DNA of 64,000 nucleotides, from contig ADNK01001014.1 in NCBI GenBank assembly GCA_000320545.1, positions 62,001-126,000 of the forward strand, in the 5' to 3' direction. The translations under genes and the position numbers were made by a program. Positions 53,969-64,000 of the stretch are shown here, one piece after another (position 1 is the first letter of the stretch; every line of letters starts with the position of its first letter). The DNA is from Bigelowiella natans CCMP2755. Taxonomy: Eukaryota > Protista > Cercozoa. Under the pieces are notes generated by a model. It was given only the letters and a program-made list of their open reading frames with translations. It made no database searches and was not told where the DNA came from.

Positions 53969-56339
53969 ATGCCGTTTTGTGACCGTCAACATTGTTGTTG
54001 GACTCAGGAGATGAACGGCTTCGAATTTATCCTGAGCGACTTCTCTTCGGCCAAGTCGCAGCAAGGAATATGCCAATTTCCTACTGCTCCTGCTCACGAG
54101 GAAAGGCCAACCTACCCCACCCCACGTGGCTGGCCGGATGAGGAAACTGCAGCGGCGTCGTGGCTGCGCACATCAGGACACGATGTTATCATCATTCGTG
54201 CTAGCAGCTTGTATCGTCATGAGTGAGATTCATTTTCGCTTCTTCATGCACGAAAGGCGCCTTGGTACACCTTGTGCTATGAGCAAAATCGCGACGACGA
54301 GGCCAGCAATGACACGGAAAAGGAGCGGCCTTCGATCTTCCATGCCATCGTTGTTGCAGACTCGCTGCGAGAAAACGAATTCTGATCAAATTTTGAGGCG
54401 AATGCCCAGGTCTCTACTCGATGGCAGCAGCAGCAACAGCAGCACTCGTAGGGGTATAGGATCCCTGTATGGCCCTGAAAGACGACTGACAATGTCCTCC
54501 GAGTACGAACAAGTTCCGCCAAAGGGAATCGTGGAATTCATTCGGAACAGTTTCTTTATCGTCAAGAGACAGTAATAATAGGCTCTCTCTGAATAACAAG
54601 AAGAAAGAGAGAGACGATGACCTAGAATTTACAAAACGCAACCGACGACCAAACTACACATCACTGCCCTTGATAATAACGACAACGATACTACGACGAT
54701 CATATCTATAGTCATACTCCGAGTTCGAACAATAACTGTACAGTGAGGCAATAAATGCCGTATATTATAAGTATGAAGCAAGAGGTATCCTCTAGTTCTG
54801 AGCAAGATACCCATCTATTGATGAATGGGTGCACGAGTTGTCACATGTTTCTTATTCTTCGTGAATGCACCAGGAAACCGACTCAGCGTAGTCTGAGGTC
54901 ATACGTTATCAACGTTACCGAGTTCACGACGATGGATGTAATAAAACTAACGGGGTTGATCCCAATGTCAGGGACAACCCGAGCTCATTGTTGTTTAAAA
55001 TAAGATCTCACTTCTGCTTCTCCATCAGTATGAGTGCTCAAATATAACTGAAGCTCTGGAAACTAGACGGGACTACGAATTAGGTAGTCATTGTAGCAGC
55101 AGGACTCGGTAGCGGTGGTGGTGGAAGTGGCAAGAGACCGCAGCCGCGATGTTTTAATCGGAAGGGAAAATAATAGTCAGAATACCCAAAGAAAAATCAT
55201 TTAAAGATCATTGAAAGGACGAAGAATGACCCTCATCTTACGTGAGCATGATGATGATCGATCCTGTATTTTATTCGTAGATGGGCTGTACTACTCCTTG
55301 GGTTTCAGAGCTGCGGTCGTAAGCGTAGATATATTCACGAATAATAGGAGCCAATGTTGCGCATGAAAGTGCTGTTAGTAGTAACAACCAATGATGGAGG
55401 TAGTAACATTAAATGACAGCCGTGACCTTACCGCGAAACCGGAAATCGCCAACGTCGTTTTATCATTGTATATGAAGTGGAAGCGAGGAGGAAGAATGTA
55501 GCATGCTGCTTAAAATGAACCAATCTTCAATTGAGTTTGTTATTCTCGTCATTGTTCCAATATCTTGTACTTTTTTCTTGCTTTTTCTTGTTTTTCAAGC
55601 CATTCCTCCTCCCTCTCCTCCTCCTCCTTCATCTGACAACTATTACCCTTTTTTTCTCGACAGGTTGCGACAATCGTTTACTTCATTTTCCCTATTCTTC
55701 AACGCATTATAAAGTGTGTGTGTGTGTTTTGTTAGAACATGCAGAATTGGATATATGCGCAATAGTGTTGATTTTCTACGCGCAAAAAGCACAACGAACT
55801 AGGCGTAACACTACATACTTGTCATCGTTGTTCTTCGTTGGAAATAGGGCTATTTTCATCACACGATCCTGTGAACAAATGTTACGTGTTGTCACGTTAT
55901 GGTGTTGAGATAGTTTTCCTCAGTCGTTGCGTCATCATCATCTCCATCATCGTCGACATCATCATCATCATCATCATCATCACCATCACCATTATCAGTC
56001 CCTCCGTATCTGGCGTCAATATCGATGAGCTGCAGGTACTATTTTTAGAACAACAACAACATAGTAGTAGTAGTAGTAGTAAAAGCAGTAGTAGTTCCTA
56101 TCACTATTCTTACTGCTGCTATTATTTTGATAACATTCGTTTTGTCTCAGTATGGTTGTTAGTAGAATCATATTCGTGAGTTGAGTTGTTTCTATCTACA
56201 TGCTACTGCTCATATTGATTAAAGAAATTAGATGCTGTATCTAATCTTCTTATCCTCCTCTTTCAAGTTTCCCTGAAACCTGTTAGCAGAGTTAGTTACA
56301 CAGGTCTTTTGTCTCTTCCACTCTCTCTCTCTTTCTCTT

Positions 56340-56387
<48 letters not shown>

Positions 56388-57381
56388 CTCCCCCCCCTCT
56401 CCCTCTCCCTCTCCCTATCGCAGGCTTCTGTCACAGGAGAGTTCGCTCCTGTCCTGGTATGTATTTGTAGTAATGTGTGCTGCAGAAGAAAGATGGTGAT
56501 CGTGAGACGCATTTTAATGACGACAGCGTGCAAAGAGATTAGGACGTATAATTACTATGCGGATATCATGAATATTTACGATGTAACACTGCTCCTTGTT
56601 CCTTTTCTCTTCCTCCTCCTCCTCCTCCTTTATCCTCTTCGTCGCCATCCTCTTCTTCGTCTCCTGTTGTTATTTAGGATGTGCTATACGCTTTGATCGC
56701 TGCTAGCACTGTCGCCAGGCTAGAAGAAAGGCAGGTGTGGTGATGAGATGACAGAGTGCAATATCGTTGGTAGTGGTGGTAGTTGGTGATGGCAGAGACT
56801 AAGAAAAAGAAAAAGAACAAGAAGAAGAAAAAGAAGAAGAAGAAGAAGAAGAAGAAGAAGAAGAAGGAAAATGACCTCTAGTTGTCTTATTTGCAAGCGA
56901 TTTGGTTATAGTCGTTAGCGTTGTGTTCAAAACGACGACGGCATTCTGTTCTTAGTACACACTGCAATCGTTAGTCTTATTATTACTTGAAAATATGGCT
57001 TGCTTGAGAACGCTGCTGCTGCTGTTGTATCTTTGAAGGATGTTATTCAAGACACAGCATTGCAGGAGCTATGCCAGCTGAGAGTCCTCGTTTGGTAGTA
57101 GTTGTAGTAGTAGTAGTATTAGTGGTGATGGTGGTGGTGGTGGTGATGTTGTGTGTTGGTGCTAATTAGCGGGGATTTGAAGAAGAAGAAAAAGAAGATA
57201 GTCCTGTTTCCAATATCTCGCTCAATTGAGAGGGAGGCGGAGTAAAACGGTAAACTTACATCCATCCCCCCCCCCGTGCTATGTCGTCCTTTGTAGGTTA
57301 CTGATCGAGCTCATAGCGGAGACAGAGGGGGAACAGAGGCTGCAGTGCCTTGAAGCAATGACAGCTCTTTGGCGGTTGGTA

Positions 57382-57418
<37 letters not shown>

Positions 57419-57547
57419 CTATTATACATATGTATAAATATATACTATGTCGTATTTCAGCTCGTCAGTGTTGCCTAATGATGATCACGGTGATTGTCAC
57501 GGAGTTATATTGATATCATCGAGAATTATAATCATCATCATCATCAC

Positions 57548-57579
<32 letters not shown>

Positions 57580-58724
57580 GTTGTATCATCACTCTTTGCA
57601 CCACTACTGACTCCTTTGCCCTCCCTTTTGGTAGTGATAGAAATGATTTTTGCGATGACGTGTCCTGTCGGTCTTATATCATGCTTTCAAACCTCTACTA
57701 CTCAGCTACACGGACATGTTGGTGTTCTCCAGCAGAGCAGATGAGCTGGTCATCATACACAGCATGAGAAGAACGACGCAAATCACCTCCTTCCCCGTGT
57801 CACACACGTTAGCCTGCACCTTTACACGTGCTGCAACCTGCCAAAGCCAAGGCCCCATCATGTGTGTAGTAGCTCCAACGTTCTCATCGTATTGATGTGT
57901 ATGTGTTGTTCGTGTTGTTTGTTAATGATGCTGCCAGGACCAAGTGCTTTATCAAGACTTGATTCACTCCACATATCGCTCGCTCTTCACCCTGCAGGTT
58001 ACTCTGCGTGTAGTGCTACGTCGTAGTGGAACGCTTAAGCGGCGGTGATGATGGATGATGATGATGGATGATGATGATGATGGATGATGATGATGATGAT
58101 GATTATGGTGATGATAGTAGTAGCGATGTTAAGGATGATGGTGGTGAGGATGGGTGCTAACAGGCAACGACCGATGAAATGGCATCTGAGTGCCAAACGG
58201 ACAACTCTCTTTCTACGTGTGATAGCTTAAGACGAGTAAAGGTAGCAATAGGAAGAAGAGGAAGAAGAAGAAGATGATGAGGAAGTGTTGCGATAGTTAA
58301 CTTCATTTGAATCATATCGGAGTATCATGGGAGGGAAACAAATTGAGCTCTAATTACTAGCACAATGTTGCTTCTCCTACCCTCCTCTGCTCTTTCCCCT
58401 CCCCAGCAAGCACAGAGGGTTCAACGCGCAGCATCAGAGGTAAATTACTACTTATGCCACGCCGTACACACGAATAATGTACATGCGCTCTCCTATTCAA
58501 ATTTGGGGTTTTTGGATTGTTTTCCCCACCTCCTCCTTCTTCTTCTTCTTCTTCTTCTTCTTCTTCTTCTTCTTCTATTACGTCATCATCATCACCATCA
58601 TTGTCATCATCATCGTCATCATCATCGTCATCACCTATCCTTTTAACATAATAACTTTGCGGCGGTGCAGGCGGAGAGACACGTCGAGTCCCTTCTTTCG
58701 CTTCGCACACAGAGACTTAACACG

Positions 58725-58755
<31 letters not shown>

Positions 58756-59627
58756 CAGTAGTAGCATCAGCATCAGTAGTAATGATGAAGGAAAAAAGGG
58801 GGAGGAAGGGATGTTCAGGTGTCGTGCTCTTTGTCATCTTCCAACTCTAAGTCACCGTAGCGATGATGGTGATTATGTTCCATTGGTGATGTGAAATCAG
58901 GAGGGAGAAGGAGTTCCACCTGCAATATTCACTATCTTGGATTCACTCTCAGTAATAAATAATAGTGCGCTCGTCTAGGATATGAGACATAAATAGAGAT
59001 GAAGAGAGATTTGGTGGTATTATAATGGTAGTGATGATGTAGTTGTTGGTGGTGGTGATGGTGATGATGATGATGATAATGATGACGATGATAGTTGTGA
59101 TAATCTCACCCTAATCTATTCTTCTTTCTGTACGAAATAGGTATACATCCTGGTCTCATACGTGGTGTTATCTTCTGCCCGGAGCCTCGAGCCTATAGCT
59201 GGCTGTAAGATAAAAATCTCCACGACGACGACTAATACTACTAGTAGTAGTAGTAGGAGTAGCCACTATGTAGTTCTGTACTGCTGCAAAATGTGCTCCA
59301 TCACCATCATCATCATCATCATCATCATTATCATCATTCTGTCATCTTTTCAGTCAATGAAGTTGACCTTCCTTGGAGCATAAGCAGTAGTGGTAGTAGT
59401 CTCCACAGCGTTGGGAGTATCTCTGGAATGATGGTCAATACTGCAAATGCTGTTGCTTCTTCCCCCTCCATTGCTGCACTGACTTCAAAGTGGCATTTGG
59501 ATATTGAGGTCACAACATGTACACATTCTCTTTCTCTCTCTCTCTCTCTCTATTTCCTCCTTTTTATTTTCTTTGAGCGCGCGCGCGTGCGTGTGCAGTA
59601 ACTCCGTATGCTGGCATGTATAATCAT

Positions 59628-59658
<31 letters not shown>

Positions 59659-59944
59659 AACACACACGCGCGCGCGCGCGCGTATCTCTCAACCTTAATC
59701 TTCCATGAAGGTGCCATTGAGAAGAATAAAATGCTCTTTTCCTATTGACAGGCGTTGTTGTTCGCCGTATTAGCATCGATGCTGCTTGTCGTGAGGACCC
59801 TATACCGAGACTTAGACAGGTGTCGGGGAGTAAGAAGAAGGAGGGGGGGGGGAGATTAGCGTGACATTCATATGAGCACAGCATACCATAAGCATACAAC
59901 GTTGGATAGATTTGATGGATTTCTCAATTCTACTATTCTAGAGT

Positions 59945-59988
<44 letters not shown>

Positions 59989-60546
59989 AAATATATATGT
60001 ATATATGTCCACATGAGTAGCGTATCCTCGCAAAAGCACATGGTGTACTTTGTAGATTGATGTTATATATCTCTGCTGACTGACTGACTGAGCATCTGAA
60101 TGCAGGCCCTTCCGTGGACATGCGCAAATACGCCGGACGGTGATAAAATCGCCAAATAAAAGCAAAGTTTCCAATGATGCATTCTTGTTATTGTTATCAT
60201 TATGCTCTCCGCATATGTTTCCTATGATGGACTGGTGCAATGTTGCTACTAATTGCTTTTAACTTCGATTCTATTAATCAGCAATAGTACTATTATCAAT
60301 AAAAAACGAACAAACTTGCTGTAGGTAACATCCAATTCGATACGTGCAATTCGTAAGGACATCGAGCAGGTCCCCTCCATATGTTTTTTTTTTTACTTTA
60401 CATGAATAGATTTGTGCTTGTACCATATCCACATGGAAAGGCTCTTCTGAGCGAAGAAATGGAGAGTATAGCAGGATATCTACAAGGATGCTCGGAGAGG
60501 CAGGTAACTGTAGGAGAATTTTCCTTTTCTTAAGGTTTGTTACTAG
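53969..60546 (+). CDS. Hypothetical many-exon protein, possibly alpha-solenoid; model unresolved
   Basis: Short AG/GT-bounded non-repetitive blocks lie between microsatellite introns on the + strand, e.g. LLIELIAETEGEQRLQCLEAMTALWR at 57298-57375. Start and stop are approximate. Confidence 0.35.
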
Positions 60547-61523
60547 CGTCTCGCTAGTGTGTAATGTCCTCTTACAACTGAGCGACGTTGTGCGATGTGC
60601 GCGTCGTTGAACTGCTTGCGTAGGCGAAGACTAGGGCCACCAGAGTAGTAGAACAAAAATGGGATGCAATGAGCGGAGATGAATGAGGAAAAAACGGTCG
60701 GGTTGCATTCAAATTGAGCGGGAGCCGCACGTACTGTTCCATTTACACCATTAAATAGAAGCAAAGCTAGAAAGCAAGCGGGCGGCAAGTCAGCGTCAAT
60801 TGTGATGTTGGAGTGGCAGCGGCTTAGCATTACATCATGTCATCTCGCCTGCTTTGTGTGACTTCCATCAAAACAATAAGCAGAATGAATGTGCGCACGT
60901 GATCGAACAGTATGCGTGCACAAGACAGGAAGACAATTCATTGTGCTTTTTCGAAGCATGCAACCCAATGAGCATGTCTTGGACGCACACACGTTTGCTT
61001 TGACAGGCAGGCTGTGCGCGCCTACAAACTTTTGTAGGCGTGCATCTTGATGTGACGAAACGGCGCAAATGGCTAAAATGCATGAGGGGCGACCGCGCAG
61101 GCTGGAGACATTCTTCTTCTTGAACCTACATTGTGTCTGCTTTTGCACAAGAGATCTAGATGTGGTTGCCGTCGCGTCTAAGCTCTGCATTGCGCACTCT
61201 TTGTGAACGAACTGCAACTTGAAAATGCTTATTGGACATGCTGCAGTCAATTTTACACACACAGAGGTACATACTTAAAACAAAACATGGGGAGCACGAC
61301 TCCTCCTGGATCGAGCGGTACATCGCCAACAAAATCATCGTAGTAGGCTAACAAAGCATCATGGATACCAGTCCAATACCGGATATCATTGCTAATTCAA
61401 TCGCATTACTACAATACGCACTCGAGTCAGCCAAAACAATTGAGGCGGAAGTACGATGAGCCATTGGATCGATTAAGGGAAATAATGAGGAGGAGGAGGA
61501 GAAAGAGGAGTAGGATAAAAAAT

Positions 61524-61555
<32 letters not shown>

Positions 61556-61805
61556 AATGATGATTCCATGCGTGGTCGCTGTTCAATTGAGTCGATCTTT
61601 GTCATCGTAGTCGTACTACGTGCCCTCCTCGTCCTTATGCACCTTTTGATTGCCATGGTAATGTTGATGTGACGCTGGTGGTAGATGACAGGGTTCATTC
61701 GTTCTTCTCACGTAGCTACGATGAGTGGCCATGCGGCTTCTCGATCCCTTGTTTTCTTTCTTGAAAAAGGGAAACACCTTTTGTTATTCTGGTGGTTGGT
61801 GGTGG

Positions 61806-62229
61806 TTAGGTTCTTACGAAGAAAGCAGCACTGACGATGATGTACGCGACGACCAGCATCGCGCCCTTGAGGTAGTTAGACTCTCCATCCCCCACAAGGA
61901 ATCCCACGGCGAGTGTAGACACAAGCACTACCGCTGTCGATCAGAAGAGGGGGAAGGGCAGCAGCAGATGAATCAACGCATTTAAAGGCAGACCGATTAA
62001 AATGCAGCGATCCGTGGGTGTTTCACCCATGCAGTAGTAGTGGTAGTAATAGTAATAGTAGTTGGGGTGATAGTAGCAGTAGTAGTAGTAGGCGCAAATA
62101 TATATGAAAATAAAGGGAAAATATGAAATATGTGTATAATATATAAATACACACACGTCGTCGGCTTTCTCAAATAAATGGGTCGCATGCTCCATTGTTC
62201 TCTTCCTCTTGGTACTAATGTTGTTATTA

Positions 62230-62264
<35 letters not shown>

Positions 62265-62389
62265 AATACGATAACTATGATGCAGGGAACACTGTGTCGT
62301 TCTTCGTAGTAGTGCCTGTTTCAAAGACGTGAAAATCGAGGGACAATCGCTTGCCCATCATCCATGCAACGATCACTGCGACCTAGAGA

Positions 62390-62428
<39 letters not shown>

Positions 62429-62465
62429 AAGATGAAGAAGAAGAAGATGGGGTCCGCACACACAT

Positions 62466-62498
<33 letters not shown>

Positions 62499-64000
62499 GA
62501 GCAAGCATCACGTGCAAACAATTTATGCTGTTAGTTCCAATCGCAGCAGCAGCAGCTTTAGCTTTGAAACGGGATCTTACACATCATCTATCCATCTTCA
62601 TCAAAAACAGGAAGAATGTGGTTCTCCTTCTTCTCCTCCTCCTCCTCCTCCTCCTCCTCCTCGGTTAAACTACATATACCGGCACTCCAAAAAGGGCGAT
62701 TTGAACCGCAGAGCCAAAGGCAATGCCAAGTGACAGCTCCATTTTCCCCTTCATCGCCACGATCACAGCCGATGCGTGCTCCGCTATTATGATGATGATT
62801 TGATGATAATTTGATGATGATTTGATGTAATAGGGAAAAACTAAAGGTAAAATGAGACTAAAGTACTCTTCTTCTTCTTCTTCTTCTTCTTCTTCTTCTT
62901 CTTGTTCTTCTTCTTATGATATCCACCTGCATTACCAACGATTGGGATGACAATCACACCTATGAACACCTGAGCAAGGACATGTTGTTAAACGGGACGA
63001 TCATTACAGTAAAAACACCGATTTGAATATCATTGACACACACACACACACACATCCCCGCACTCACTGTGCAAAACAAGACATAGAAATGAAGAAGAAG
63101 AAGAAGAAGAAGAAGAAGAAGAAGAAACAGAAACCACACAACATTGCAAAGATATTCGCGAAAGAAGGAGATCAGTGTCTCCGTAAAGCTTGATGGTAGA
63201 TCGTTAGTAGTATCATCATTATCATTGTTAGTTCAACAGTATTCGTTACTATTGTTGTTTCTGCATCAGGACAGCAATCTTCTCTTTAAAGCTGCTTACT
63301 TTTGGCACATTCCACGCCGCAGCAGAGCCCTCGATCGATCCCACCAACAGCTCCGAAAAGAACGATATTAACGCCTGACAGTGGGGGTCAGAGTGCAGAT
63401 TGACAAGCGATTAAGGCACAACCAAAAGAAAGCGTTCGTAGCGATGATAAGTGATTCTTATTACATGTATAGATCGGAACACTATCACACACACACACAC
63501 ACACACACGACGACGAAGCCTGTCTTCCATGCATTTACCGTATCTATTGCAAGCCATATGATGGCCTCTTTTAACGTTAGAATTTGCTCCTCTTCCTCCT
63601 CGTCGTCGTTCTCTTCATCCTTTGTTGAAAACAAGGCGGCAAACATCCTCATCATGATTATCATCATCATCACCCTCCCATCACCACCGCCACCGCTACT
63701 ACTACTAGCACCACCACCCCAACACGGACAAGAGCAGAGCGTAACTGCTATTCCCCCCTCTCTCATCAATACACGCGGCGGACAACACACACGCGCCATA
63801 ACCTCGAGCAGCAGGTGTCGATGCGTCTTGATCTGAAAGTACATAAGCAACCCGTACACTCCCAAGAGCAGCATGGCGGTGAAACGAGAGAAGGAGAGCA
63901 CTGATGCCGCGGAGCGCTCCTCGTCAGCAGCATCTAATGCTGCAGGCAGTAGCATGGCCATGGTGGAGACCATAAGCAGCCCTGAGTTCGTCGTGGCCAT
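61806..64000 (-). CDS. Ca2+/H+ antiporter (CAX/VCX1 family), 3' part; begins beyond the right edge
   Basis: [28 protein letters not shown], acidic loop [31 protein letters not shown]|[38 protein letters not shown]. Stop at 61806 if unspliced; further exons to ~61270 are possible. Confidence 0.93.

Noticed and set aside
60543-61262. ORFs 60543-60830 and 60840-61262 as transposase or RT remnants
   Set aside because: No recognisable catalytic motifs; the Cys/His/Ala-rich content reflects the TGCA-rich spacer composition.

Overview
Eukaryotic nuclear DNA that is intron-dense, with introns full of microsatellites. About 17 protein-coding genes can be assembled by hand. Two of them (bacterial-type EF-P and an inositol monophosphatase) carry apparent signal-peptide plus transit-peptide leaders, and there is an axonemal dynein. 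Together these suggest a flagellated alga with a secondary plastid, chlorarachniophyte-like (inference only). Recognisable genes: DNAH6-like dynein (5' end), RPL21, SLC12A9-like cation-chloride cotransporter, IMPase, EF-P, RPL30, ZNF598/Hel2, a two-finger C2H2 transcription factor, a TTD14-like P-loop kinase and a CAX Ca2+/H+ antiporter (3' end). The most notable observations: (1) an apparently fused GNAT acetyltransferase and flavin polyamine oxidase ending in peroxisomal -SKL; (2) a nearly intronless gene with a Cbl-type EF-hand/SH2 module joined to a KCTD-type BTB domain; (3) perfectly alternating gene orientation, with compositionally distinct convergent spacers rich in TGCA/CATG/AGCT/CTAG; (4) a small ~80-bp dispersed repeat family, one copy flanked by a target-site-like duplication; (5) a decaying copy of a coding fragment in a spacer. 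All exon models are manual and all homology calls come from motif recognition, not database searches.
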